From positions 53,952,464-54,016,463 of the forward strand of contig NC_043011.1 in the NCBI RefSeq assembly GCF_006345805.1: 64,000 bases of DNA. The letters run 5' to 3'. The stretch comes from Octopus sinensis (lineage: Eukaryota). Under the pieces are notes generated by a model. That model was not told where the DNA came from. It saw only the letters and a program-made list of their open reading frames with translations, and did not search any database. This document shows positions 13,675 to 26,843 of this stretch, piece after piece. Positions within the stretch are counted from its first letter, which is position 1. Every line of letters starts with the position of its first letter. Position numbers and translations under genes: made by a program.

Positions 13675-14790
13675 GTCCATGCTAACCAGGGCTGGAAGGC
13701 TGCACCAGACTCCAGTCTGATTTGGCAGTTTCCACAACTGGTTGCCCTTCCTAACACCACCAACCACTCCGAGAGCATAATGGGTACTATTTGCGTGACA
13801 CCGGTATCTGTCACAACTGCGGTTTTTCTCAGCTTGATGGGTCTTCTTCACAAGCACAGCATAATGCCAAATGTCTCGGTCATTGTCTCCATGTGGTCAA
13901 ACATTTGAAAGAAGCTCATCCACTTTGCCTCCATGAAGCCTAATGCTCAATAGGTGCTCTTTACATGCCACCGGTACGAGTACCAGTGACATGATACCAG
14001 CATCAGCCATGACTACAATTTCACTTAGCTTGATCGGTCCTCTCAAGCATAGCACATTGCCAAAGGTCTCGGTCACTGGTCATTGCCTCTGTGAGGCCCA
14101 AAGTTCAAAGATTATGCTTTGCCACCTCATCCTATGTCTTCCTGGGTCGTGTACCTCTACCACACGTTCCCTCCACAGTTAGAAATCAGCACTTCTTTAC
14201 ACAGCTGACTTCGTCCATACGCATCGCCTGATAGGTAAGTTGTCGGGTGGCTTGGCTGGCTTCCTGAAGTTGGTGTTGCAAATCAATAGGCTATCTGCAT
14301 CACAGAACTCCAGTAGCCTTGTTCCCTCTTCATTTCAGGAACCAATTCCTTGGCCCCCATATGCACCATGGAAGATACCAGGCTGTTATCCAACATGCCC
14401 ATTGAAATCCCCAGACACGAAAATGAGATCATTGTCACTCATCTTCAAGGTAGCCTGCAGAAGTATATCATAAAAGTGGTCCTGCTGTTCATTTGGTAGG
14501 CCCACATGTGGGACATAGGCAGAGATAATTGTTGCTATACTATTCTGCAAGACTAGCCTGAGCTTAAGTTCTCTATCATAAACTCTGACTATCTTTATGA
14601 CCTTATCCATCATTGTTACATTCCCAGAAGATTTTATACCTATGTGTCTTGCCTATGAGGAACCTAGCTGAAGCTCCTCTCCACCTTACCTCTTGGATGC
14701 AACATACATCAACATGCCTCCATTCAAGCATTGCAACAATCTCGCTAGACCTACCTTTCAGTGTGCCTACATTGACAGTGCCAGCTCTGA
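13675..14790 (-). mobile_element. RTE LINE endonuclease and 3' fragments
   Basis: GTVNVGTLKGRSSEIV...VDVCCIQEVRW, ISAYVP, GDFNGHVG (APE domain), followed by the RTE tail. Confidence 0.82.
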
Positions 14791-16670
14791 AAACTAGGAA
14801 AGGAACATGGCAAGGATAGATGGTTTTCAGCACCGGAACATAAAAAATTTTACAGTTAAAATTTATGCACGATAAATTGGAAATCCTTCTACAATACACA
14901 AAATATTTCAATCTTTTATACTTTGTGGTTCAACAAAGGGACCAATAGAATAAGTAACAGGCATTAAAAAAATTAAAATGGGTACTCAAAGATTGCAAAT
15001 CTCCCATAAGGTAACACCAACATCATTTCAATGATTAGCCAGAGATGATTTTTAAAATGTGAATATCTGAAATAAAATCAACTGCTCTCACAAAAGAGAA
15101 TACTAAAAATGAACCTGACTGCTCACAAAAATTAAGTAAAAAATAGGAAAAATCATCCAGTATCCTTGTTCAGTACTGGATCAATCCCAAAATCTAATGA
15201 ATTCATGCCAGTCGTGATGCCAAACATCCCTGAAAGTATCATCTGAATCCATCCAGCAGTTCTGAAAACAATACCTCCACCTTCGCTAAGGCAGAGGTAA
15301 TAAGTACTGGGATTGATTCATTAGACTAAAGACTTCAAGGTGGTGCCCCAGCTTGGCTGCAGTCTAATGACTGGAACAAGTAAAAGGTAAAAGGTAACAG
15401 GTAAGAATGCTCTCATGATATTTTCATTCTACAGTATTGCTATTTTCTGGAATCTCCTTATAGGAATCTGTCTATTTCTTTACAAATCTGGCCATGTGTC
15501 ACTCTTGCATCCACCATCATCCAATGTGTTATAGCCATCAAGGGGCCAGTGACATCTGGCATTTGGTGCTGAGCTCCATGGCTCAAAGTGTCTGTAGCAC
15601 TGAATCTCACTAGAGATCTGGACAAAACGTTTTGCAGCATTTCATCCATCTCTCTGTTCTGAATTCAGATTTCATTGAGGTTTTTATTATTTTGCCTTTT
15701 GGTCTTTAAGGGTCAATAAAATAAGCACCAGTTGAGGAACTGGGGTCAGTGTAACTAACCTATCCCCTCTCCCAAAACTGCTGGCCTTGTGCCAAAATTT
15801 GACACCAATATTTATATTTCTGAAGGTGGCAAGCTGGCAGAATTATGATCTTGCCATACTAAATGCATAGTGGCATTTCATCTGTCTTTACATTTTCAGT
15901 TCAAATTTCATTGAGGCCAACTTTGCCTTTCATCCTTTCAGGTTCGATAAAGTAAGCACCAGCTGAGCACTGGGGTTGATGTAATCAACTTACCCCACCA
16001 CCCACCCAAAATTGCTGGCCTTGTGCCAAAATTTGAAATCAGTATTAGATGATTGACTTACTCTATCACCACCACCACCACCACCATCATCGTTGCCACC
16101 AGGCCATTGGGCACGGGTGGCAAAGTCTACCCCTTTGTAAATATTCAGACCATATCTGAAAATTAATCTCGATATTCAAAATCCCTTGATTTCACCCACA
16201 CACACACACCTGAGAGGGGAATATGTCAATAAAATCATAATTAACTGATCCACCTGTATTTTCTTTTACCCAAGGCCAGGAACTTTTCAGCACCTTCTTC
16301 TGTGTATGTGTGTGTTTGTGCCTTTTTGTATTTGTCCCCCACCACTGCTTTACAGCTGGTGTTAGTGTGTTTACATCCCTGTAACTTAGCGGTTTGGCAA
16401 AAGAGGCTGATAGAATAAATACTAGGGTTTAATTTGTTTGACTGAAACCCTTCGAGGCAGTGCTCCAGCATGACCACAGTCTAATGACTGAAACAGCTAA
16501 AAGATAAAAGATATGCAAATGTAGACAATGCCGTTTAACTTTTAAGTGGACAGACTAATTTGCATATATTGATGGCAGCATATAAGACAATATCCAATAG
16601 TCATAAAGGTAAAAAAATAAAAAAAAATATATGCAAATTAGCTTATGCACTTGCAGAATTAAATCAACAT

Positions 16671-17252
16671 GGGCGGCGAGCTGGCAGAAACGTTAGCACG
16701 CCGGGCGAAATGCTTAGCGGTATTTCGTCTGCCACTACGTTCTGAGTTCAAATTCCGCCAAGGTCGATTTTGCCTTTCATCCTTTCGGGGTCGATAAATT
16801 AAGTACCAGTTACGCACTGGGTCGATATAATCGACTTAATCTGTTTGTCCCCTCTGTGTTTAGCCCCTTGTGGGTAGTAAAGAAATAGGTATTTCGTCTG
16901 CCGCTAAATTCTGAATTCAAATTCCGCTGAGGTCGACTTTGCCTTTCATCCTTTCAGGGTCGATCAAATAAGTACCAGTTACGCACTGGGGTCAATATAA
17001 TCGACTTAATCCCTTTGTCTGTCCTTGTTTGTCCCCTCTGTGTTTAGCCCCTTGTGGGTAGTAAGGAAATTGGTATTTCGTCTGCCGCTACGTTCTGAAT
17101 TCAAATTCCGCCGAGGTCGACTTTGCCTTTCATCCTTTCAGGGTTGATTAAATAAGTACCAGTTAAGCACTGGAGTTGATATAATCGACTTAATCTGTTT
17201 GTCTGTTCTTGTTTGTCCCCTCTGTGTTTAGCCCCTTGTGGGCAATAAAGAA
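16671..17252 (+). mobile_element. SINE family B with triplicated body. Other copies: ~6505-6690, 25420-25635, 31105-31340 -, 34275-34506 -, 48900-49128 -, 51840-52089 -, 52765-52997 -, 57515-58350, 58778-59050
   Basis: Head ggcggcgagctggcagaa...gagttcaaattcc and body gtcgactttgcctttcatcctttcggggtcgat; three tandem ~180-bp bodies at this site. Confidence 0.88.
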
Positions 17253-17922
17253 TTAAATCAACATCACTTACAAAGTTAAAAGCATGGCTGTGTCATTGAG
17301 AAATTCATTTCAGAAAAATGTGGGTCTGGATTAGATTACTCTACTTTAACCCTTTGGCATTTAATCCAGCCTTATCCAGCCCAAATATTTTACCTGTTTT
17401 ATGTTCAACTGGCCAGATCTGGCCCCTTATATTTACCCAACAAAGTTATTTAAAGAATAAACAATCACATCCTCAAAATCACAATGTAACGAGATAACGC
17501 ATGATTAATTAAAAGCAAAGAGAATAAATAAGCATTAATAAAGAAATAAATATGCTTTGTCCTTGAGCAAGACACTTTACTTCCTGTTGCTCCAGTCCAC
17601 TCAGCTGGCAAAAATGAGTAGTACCTGTATTTCAAAGGGCCAGCCTTGTCACACTCTGTGTGACACTGAACCCCACTGAGGATTTCGTTCAGGGTACATG
17701 TGTCTGTGGAGTGCTCAGCCACTTGCACGTTAATTTCATGAACAGGCTGCGTAGTAAGTAGCTTGCCTACCAACCACATGGTTCCGGGTTCAGTCCCACT
17801 GCGTGGCACCTTGGGCAAGTGTCTTCTACTATAGCCTCAGGTCGACCAAAGCCTTGTGAGTAGATTTGGTAGACGGAAACTGAAAGAAGCCCGTCGTATA
17901 TATGTGTATATATATATGTATA

Positions 17923-17964
<42 letters not shown>

Positions 17965-17967
<3 letters not shown>

Positions 17968-19233
17968 ATAAAACGGTAAGATAACAAAAGAAAGAAAGAG
18001 ACCTCAATATTATGTAAATAGAGGAAATTTATCTATACAATAATATGTTACATTACTCGGTAGTCAAGATAAAACTCTGAGTTTCAGATGCCGAAGTGGA
18101 AATCCACAACACCATCTCTTTGGTTATCTGGCTATTTGAAAACGCTATGAAAAAATACCATTAAATAAAGGGAAATTACTCTGTTATAACTCTGCTTGCC
18201 TGCATACTTATACATCGCTCGCATTTTTCGTCATAAAAATTATATAAAAATACATAAAAAAATATATAAAAATATATAAATTCTTCTTGGGACATAACAT
18301 AGAAAGCATGTTCTATCTGTTTTCTTTAGGGGACCAAAAACGTAACAGAAAATTTAGTCACATGTGGGCATGATCCGAAAAGCTCTGTCCTTGTATTTAG
18401 ACATGTAGTAGGGTCTAAGCTGCTTTTCCAGATAAGCCATCTCTCCATGTCGCATAGACCGCACCTTCCGCTGCCGTTAGTATAGGGCTTACATCTGGCC
18501 AAAATCTTCCATTGTATGTTATAATCGACACCTTTATCTCTTAAAGACCAAATATGATTAGATAATTGTGTCGCTTTTCTTTGTTCCAGTGCCTAAAGCT
18601 CAAAGTGTGGTTATTGAACCTGGCCTTGAAATTACCCTCTGTAAGGCCCACGTATTTCTTTGTCGAAACGGTGTCTTTAGTGGTTATAGAGTTTACGGTA
18701 GCTTCATATATGATGGTCTTGGACATGCAAGCTCCATTTAGCGGGCACAATTCTTTATTCCTGCATGAACAGCTGTTTTCTTGTTGTGTTTTTTGTATGT
18801 TATGTTTGATTGTTTTTAAAATTGGTAGTTGAACTAAAACTAATTTTTAAATTGTGTCTATTGAAGAGTTTCCTATAAGTATGGTTAACTGGAAAATGTC
18901 TATCTATCAGTGCTAGGAAATATTTACCTATATTGAAGGCCACCTTGGGTGAGTAAGGGGGCGTAAACCAGATGACCTTCCTATTTCTATTATTCCTTTT
19001 CCTTACTGTTGGGCTAGTGATAGGTGTATATTTTATTTTTTCGCTTAAACCACTATCTTTTAAAGCCTTATTATAAACTGGGATGAACTGGAACCGTCAT
19101 CCTGGTAGCCGACAGAGTGTCAGTAGTAGTAGTAGTAGTAGTGGTGGTGGTGTTTTGTGGATTTCCACTTCGGCATCTGAAACTCAGAGTTTTATCTTGA
19201 CTACCGAGTAATGTAACATATTATTGTATAGAT
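17965..19233 (-). mobile_element. 5'-truncated Penelope-like element with inverted terminal copy
   Basis: GIY-YIG fragment CPLNGACMSKTIIYEATV...KYVGLTEGNFKARFNNH (18541-18750); 18031-18107 is inverted at about 19156-19233; (TA)n on both sides. Confidence 0.85.
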
Positions 19234-19234
19234 A

Positions 19235-19303
<69 letters not shown>

Positions 19304-19579
19304 CTGTATATGTATGTGTGTGTATACGTTTGTGTGTCTTGACAACCGATGCTGGTGGGTGTTACGTCCCCGTGACTTAGCGGTTCGGCAAAAGAGACCG
19401 ATAGAATAAGTACTAGGCTTACAAAGAATAAGTCCTGGGGTCGATTTGCTCGACTAAAGGCGGTGCTCCAGCATGGCCCTCCCCCCCAGTCAAATGACTG
19501 AAACGAGTAAAAGAGTAAAGGAGGCTGTTCCGCTGATCAGAATGAACTGGAACCGTCATCCTCGTAGCCGACAGAGTGT

Positions 19580-19620
19580 CAGTAGTAGTAGTAGTAGTAG
19601 TGGTGGTGGTGGTGGTAGTG

Positions 19621-19652
<32 letters not shown>

Positions 19653-19668
19653 TGTAGTAGTAGTAGTG

Positions 19669-19701
<33 letters not shown>

Positions 19702-19749
19702 ATAGTAGTAGTGGTAGTAGTAGTAGTGGTAATAGTAGTAGCGGTAGTG

Positions 19750-19786
<37 letters not shown>

Positions 19787-19809
19787 TAGTAGTAGTGGTG
19801 GTGGTGGTG

Positions 19810-19866
<57 letters not shown>

Positions 19867-20890
19867 CTGGTGGTAGTAGTAGTAGTAGTAGTAGTGGTAC
19901 TGGTGGTAGTAGTAGTAGTAGTAGTAGATAATTTTGTATTAATTGCTGTACAAAACCGAGTTGTCACAATGTATCGGGCAAGGGAAGGAACTCTATTGTG
20001 TCTAATTTTTAAAAGTGTAATATCTGTAAAATAACGGATGTTATTTTGTAATACTTTTTTCAGTAAAAACGATTTTCTGTGTCTGTAAAAAGATGAGTTT
20101 AGAATTATTATGTTATGATATGTCCATGGACGGAACAAAATTCCTAGTTTTCAGTGCTCCTAAGCCTTTTTCTGTCTTGACAAATCCTTTCTGACTAGTT
20201 CTAGATGTTCCCATCATGCTTTTTCTTGAAATCGGCTGAGATAATTGTTACCCCTGTTGTTTCCCATATAATTAGTGCCATTTGTGCGTCATTAGACATC
20301 GTAAGGGCTTCTTTCACTCTCTCTTTCTCCATCCCTCTCTCTCTCTCTCCTTCTCTCTTTCACTCTTCCTCTCTCTCCTTCTCTCTATCACTCTTCCTCT
20401 CTCTCCTTCTCTCTATCACTCTTCCTCTCTTTCCATCTCTCTCTTTCACTCTTCCTCTCTCTCTCTCCATCTCTCTCTTTCACTCTCTCTCTCACTCTTC
20501 CTCTCCCTCTCTCTCCATCTCTCTCTATCTATCTCTATCTCTCCCTCTTTCCATCTCTTTATCTCTTCATCTGTTTCTATCTATCTTTATCTATTCATCT
20601 CTCTCTCTACCTTTCTCTGTTTCTCCCTCTCTCTTTCATCTCTCTCTATCTATCTCTATATCTCCCTCCTTCCATCTCTTCATTCTTTCTTTCTCTCTGT
20701 CTGTCTGTCTGTCTCTCTCCATCTCTCTCTACCTATCTCTGTTCCTCCCTCTCTCTTTCTTCTCTCTTGCCATCTCTCTGCCTATCTTTGTTTCTCCCTC
20801 TCTCTCTCTCATCTTTCTCTCCATCTCTCTCTCTATCTCACCTCCCTCCCTCTCTCTCTTCGTCTTCCTCTCTCTCCCTTTCTCTCTCTC
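19580..20890. repeat. (GTA/GTG)n at 19580-19927 and (CT)-rich tract at 20310-20890
   Basis: Directly visible. Confidence 0.92.
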
Positions 20891-20949
20891 TGTGATAAGC
20901 ATTATTATGTTTTTAAAAGCAAAGTACTTTTATTTATTTTATTCATGCG

Positions 20950-21250
20950 CCCTTTTAAAGCCTAGCCAGGCTCATGGGCCCGGTTTCCCGGTTTCCATGG
21001 TGTATGTGTTCCGCCACAGCTGGACGGGACGCCAGTCCATCGCAGCGTTACTCATGAAACAGGAAGAAAGAGTGAGAGAAAGTTGGGGGCGAGAGACTAC
21101 AACAGGGGTCACCACCACCCCCTGCCGGAGCCTCATGGAGCTTTTAGGTGTTCTCGATCAATAAACACACACAACGCCTGGTCTGGGAGTCGAAACTGTG
21201 ATCCTCCGACCGCGAGTCCGCTGCCCTAACCACTGGGCCATTGTGCCTCC
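20950..21250 (-). mobile_element. tRNA-derived SINE family C (degenerate copy ~62140-62350)
   Basis: Head ggaggcacaatggcccagtggttagggc...tttcgactcc. Confidence 0.7.
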
Positions 21251-21494
21251 ATAGAAGAAAGTACTAGAGTCACTTTAACCCTTTTGTTACTGTATTTATT
21301 TTGAGATGCTCTGTGTTTCTTTCAATTACTTTAAATATAACAAAGAATTTAGTAAAATAACTTTGTTGTCATTCAGCTAGTGTTAGGAACATAAATTGTG
21401 ATTAAAGTCTGGTGGAAGATTTTGATTCAAAACTTGTGAAAACAAGACATTTGTACCACAGAGCCAGAGACGGTTTCAGCCGGGTTGGTAACAA

Positions 21495-21872
21495 ATAATA
21501 ATAATAATAATAATGAAATTATTGTATACGGTGCTCAGGTGCACCACAACTTGTCAGAAAGTGTGTATAAAGCGTATGCAGTAATGTACAAATGTCTGGA
21601 AAGCGAACAATGTATGAGTCAGAGATTCATGCTTGCATGTGTATGGAGGGGAGAAAATCAGGTTTAGTGTTGGCGAATCTCAGGAAGCATGGAAGTTTTA
21701 AAGGATGCAGTGCTCCGACAACTAACAACTGATGCCGGCAGTTTGTTCCATGCTTCAGCAACTCTTAGTGTGAAAAAATGTTTCCGAAAGTCATGGGAGC
21801 TGTGCTGTTTTCTGACTTTGTAAATATGTCCACGGGTGTTAGACAGGTGGAGTTTGAAAAGGTGCTCAGAGT
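21495..21872 (-). mobile_element. CR1 3' end inserted in a piggyBac-like MITE
   Basis: TRGHIYKVRKQHSSHDFRKHFFTLRVAEAWNKLP; splits the MITE 21279-21878. Confidence 0.8.
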
Positions 21873-22407
21873 TAAGGGTTAATCAACTGATGCTGGTAAC
21901 TTCCGAGGTTTTTTTGCAACAAGAGACAACAGTTGTATCTTGTTCTTCGTTAAGGCCAGATGAAGGTGTAGACTTTTAATGAAAGTGGTCACTAATTTGA
22001 AATATGAAAGTGTTTATGACAAAGTCCATTAAATGCGCTTTTGAGGAGCATGTGTTAATGAATATCAGCAGGCAGTTTTTAAGCAAAACATTGTACTTTT
22101 ATTGAATTAGGAACGAGAGCTGGCAAGTAGCAAGAGGTGTGGCTGATTGGCTGGTGTATGCCAGAGCACAACTGTGCTATGCTGCGACGACACAAATAGC
22201 TTTCCTAACTCACGACAAACTCTATTACGGTGAGGAGCAGCAAACCCAGGGAATTTTGTCTTTAAAATGTGTGTGTGTGCGTGTGTGCGCACGCGTATGA
22301 ATGTGTGTGTGTGTGTATACATACACATACTTATAATATATATATATATTTTTTTTTCCAACGGCGGTGCATCAGCATGGCCACAGCTCTGAGCTGAAAC
22401 TAGAAAA

Positions 22408-22442
<35 letters not shown>

Positions 22443-23329
22443 ACACACACGTGTCTCTCTGTGTGTGTCTGTGTGTGTGTGTGTGTATGGATATATACTC
22501 ACACACACAACGGTGAATCCACAATGGTGGATTCATTTTCTTTATTTATGGATAAACAATGCAACCAATGGTCTCATGTGAAGAGATCTTTACAATTGTT
22601 CAAGCTCATTAATTTGAAATATTGCTACTTGTCTCCTTGCGCCTATATTAGAAAGGATTGCTCTTATTATTATTGTTGTTGTTGTTGTTGTTGTTGTTAT
22701 TATTATTATTATTGAGTGAGCGAGCAGAGCATGCCATCAAAGTGACACTGGGGTAAAATATACGAAGCCCAGTATACCCATCATGACTACCCGTCTGATA
22801 AGGGTACACCAGGCACATGCATCACAACCATATGTGCGTGACATGGTGATCTCATATCAAGATAAACAGCACATGACCTTGCAGGTGGAGCCTAGTTAGA
22901 ATTTTCTTCAGATCGAGTAACCCATCCCGCTCAAAAGGTCCCTGAATAAGGGTTGTTTAAGGACGTTGAACGAAACACCCATGTTTCCAAAGGTGAATTA
23001 TTCAAACCCCAAAGAATCCCTCTCAACACATGGCTATGATGCTCCCCCACTAGCTCGTGATCAGAGATGCACATATCGTCAGCCACTAAGGGACATGCTC
23101 AACTGGTTAAGGTCAAACAACTGACAAGCAAATCTGTGGTATTGAGCAGAATATTTGCTGTAGCCCATCTTTTATACCAAGACAAAACAATGTACATGAT
23201 AACACTTCCAATCAGTTAAGATCAGAAGCCATGAGAGCCACTGCCTGGTACTGCATCAGGGCATGGCAAATCTGTGGTATTGAGCAGAAGATTTGCTGTA
23301 TATTATTATTATTATTATTATCATTATTC

Positions 23330-24459
23330 AGTAGTTTTATTTTTATAGCGTGCTTTCACTTCACTACCGAGCGCAGCTCTGTGTGCCTTGGGTATGTGCT
23401 GTGATTTGTGTGATGCTCTGATGGTTATTGTATGGAAAGTGTTCTGCGTAGGATGTGTGCAGTGCCTAGTAGTGCAATTTTCTGTATGTTATATGTGTTT
23501 GTAAGTCCTGGTGTTTTTGTTATGTATTTGTCTGAATATTTTTTTATCATGCCTAATGCACCTACTATGATAGGAATTGTTTCTGTTTTCAGATTCCACA
23601 TTCTAGTTACCTCTATTTCCAGGTCTTTGTATTTTGAGAGTTTCTCCATTTCTTTTAGAGACACGTTGTCATCTGCCGGTATTGATACATCAATTAGAAA
23701 GCATTTTTTTTCTTCATGATCTCTGACAACTATATCTGGTCTGTTGGCCTTAATTTCTCTATCTGTGTGTATCGGCATATCCCAGAGTATGGTTGCTTCT
23801 CGTTTTCTGTGACCTTTTCTGGTGTGTGCCTATACCATCTTTTTTCTGTTGTTATTCCATTATGTTGGCATAGCTTCCAATGTATGTAGGCTCCAACTCT
23901 GTCATGTCTGTGAATATATTCCTTCTTAGCCAGGACTGGGCAGCTAGAGATAATATGATTTATTGTTTCTTGTCCATCTCCACATATTCTGCAGTTACTT
24001 GTAATATTTCTTTTCATTACATGTTTTTGGTAATTTCTGGTGGGGAGGCTTTGGTCTTGTGCTGCAATTAAAAAATCCCTCTGTTTCTGCTTTGAGTCCT
24101 GAGCTTCTCAACCATTGCTGGGATTTTTCTTTGTCTATTTCTTTTGCGTTTAGTTTAGTGCAGTATTTACCATGAAGGGGCTTTTCTTGCCATCGTTTTA
24201 TCATGGCTCGTTGCTGTTCTATTTTTAGTTTGGATTTCATTTGTTTTATAGCTTTTGTTGTTTCTTCATCTTCTTCTTCTTCTTCTTCTTTGTGTTTATT
24301 AGGTGGTATGATTTCTTGTTTGTATTTGTCAGCTTCCTTAAATACTGAGAACAGTTTTTTGTTTTGCTCGTGTTTTGCTGCTATCTGGATCAGTTTTCCT
24401 TCCTTCTGAAGTAGGTATTTTTGCAGTCCTATGGTGGTTATTTTATAGTAGTTTTCCAG

Positions 24460-24460
<1 letters not shown>
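23330..24460 (-). mobile_element. R4/Dong-type restriction-like-endonuclease (RLE) LINE, 3' part
   Basis: CCHC finger CRICGDGQETINHIISSC, RHD motif, NRPDIV...IDVSIP...EKLSKY, QKIALLGTAHILR; frameshifted; (TAA)n on both sides. Confidence 0.88.
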
Positions 24461-24494
<34 letters not shown>

Positions 24495-24495
<1 letters not shown>

Positions 24496-25398
24496 GCTCT
24501 TTATCACAGGTTTCGTTGGAGCTCCTGAGGTCTTACATGCGTAAGCGGGTTTGCTGCCTGCAGCCTACGGTACCATGCTATCTGTTCTTTTCAACTCTAA
24601 TACTTTCCTGATTATTCTGGCTGTGCCGAGGAGGCAAACCTTTTGTAACAGTTCTACTGGGCACTCTATTCCAATTTCCTTCATATTCCTCTTGATGCCT
24701 TCTGACACTGTTCCCAACGACCCAACAATAATTAGCACTATCTTCACCTTCTTCATTTTCCATAACTGGGCTATTTTGTACTTGAGAGGATTGTGTTTAT
24801 CTATCTTTTTCTCTTCCTTCTTAACTATTCATGGGTCAAAGGGGCATGCAATATCAACTATATAGCATATGTGTTGCACTTTTTCCACCACCCCTAGGTC
24901 CGGTCTGTTATGCTCTAGCACCTGATCTGTTTGGATTGGGAAATCCCAGAGGATTTTGCTAGTCTCCAACTCCGCCACTCTCTGCAGCTGGTGCTTATAC
25001 CATGTCTTGCCTCTCTCTCTAGCCCCCACTTTTCGCACACTTTCCAATGTAGCACTTTCACTACTTGATTGTGTTGCCATAACTTGTAGTGGTTTTGGGC
25101 TAGTTTAGGGCATTCGATCGTGATATGGGCAATTGCTTCATCCACTCTATTGCAGATGCAATACAGCAGAGACACTTGCTCATTCCTAAGGTTGACCCTC
25201 CAGTTCATGGCCAAAGTTTGGTCTTGCGCTGCCAGTATAGTGCTCCCAGTCTCTTTTTTTAGGGTTCCTTTCATCAGCCAATCCCACCTATTTTTTCCAG
25301 CAACTTCTGTTGTGGTTGCATGGAATTGATTGTGTAGTCCCTTCTTGCATAATTCTTCTTCATGTCCTTTTTGTACTAATTCCTTTGTTTTTCCTTAT
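24495..25398 (-). mobile_element. Second R4/Dong-type LINE 3' fragment (different family)
   Basis: ILAAQDQ, CICNRVDEAIAHITIEC, ILWDFPIQTD...NRPDL...VDIACP, LQKVCLLGTARIIRKVL. Confidence 0.85.
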
Positions 25399-25654
25399 CA
25401 TTATTATTATTATTATTATCGCAGTGAGCTGGCAGAATTGTTAGCACACTGGATGAAATGCTTAGCGGTATTTCACCCATCGCTACATTCTGAATTCAAA
25501 TTCCACCGAGGTCAACTTTGCCTTTCATCCTTTCGGAGTCGATAAATTAAGTACCGGTGAAATACTGAGATCGATGTAATCGATAAGTCCCCTACAACCA
25601 ATTTTCAGGCCATGTGCCTTTAGTAGAAAGGACTATTATTATTATTTAATTAAA

Positions 25655-25850
25655 GCTCTTGGCTTCTTTTGCCGGGTATGATGGAAAGTGTCAGCTGTCC
25701 ACATCCAGCAGACTAAGGTGACACTTGTTTACTGGTCCTGCTTCAAGAACCCTGCAAAGAATTCTTGCAGTTCCGAGTAATGCTGATTTTTGTAGGGGTT
25801 CTATCTTTGCACTCCTACCAAGCTTTCTGAGCCTTACAGTTGTACCAATC
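25655..25850 (-). mobile_element. Third R4/Dong-type LINE 3' tip
   Basis: LQKSALLGTARILCRVLE next to a long (TAA)n. Confidence 0.75.
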
Positions 25851-25857
25851 TTTATTA

Positions 25858-25894
<37 letters not shown>

Positions 25895-25938
25895 CATTAT
25901 TATTACTATTATTATTATTATTATTAATATTATTATTA

Positions 25939-25972
<34 letters not shown>

Positions 25973-26784
25973 CATTATTATTATCATTATTATTATCATT
26001 ATTATTATCATTATTATTATCATTACCTAGATATTCAGGTTTTACATTGAAACTATTAGTTATGCCATAACATGGCTCTTCAGGTAATGTAAGATAAGGT
26101 GTATTTGTTCCACCTTTATATGCTTATTCGTCAAAGAAGTGAATGGAAGCAAGACTGGTGTCTTTGGAAATGGTTTACTTGATTTATGAGATGTCTGTTT
26201 TCATTCAGTACTGTGTTTACAGATTCCTGTGTCTATATTTGTTTAAACAATTCGATGTATGTATGTATACATGTAAGTATGTATGTATGTATGTATGTGT
26301 GTATGTATGTATGTATGTATGTATGTATGTAGGTAGGTAGGTATGTGCATGTGTATGTATGCATGTATATATGTATGTGTGTGTAGGTAGGTATGTATGC
26401 TTGTATGTACATATGTATGTACGTATGAATGTATGTATGTTTGTAATGTAAATGTTTGTATGTAGGTGTGTGCAGGTCTGTATGTGTAGGTATATGTGTG
26501 CGTATGTATGTATGTATGTATGTTGGTGGCTGTGTCTGGTGCAATATATATGCATGTGTGTCAGTGTGTCTGTGTGTCTGTTGAGACAGCATTATTCATT
26601 TCCATATTATTTCGTTTGTAAGACGTGTGTTTTCATTTGGCTTTCTGTATCTGTGTGTTCATTTAAATAGTTTGATGTATGTGTAAGTATTTATTCCCAC
26701 CCCTCCCACACACACACATATATTTATACATAGGTGTGTGTCTATTTATCTGTCTATCTCCCTCTCTATCTATCTATTAGTCTG

Positions 26785-26843
<59 letters not shown>

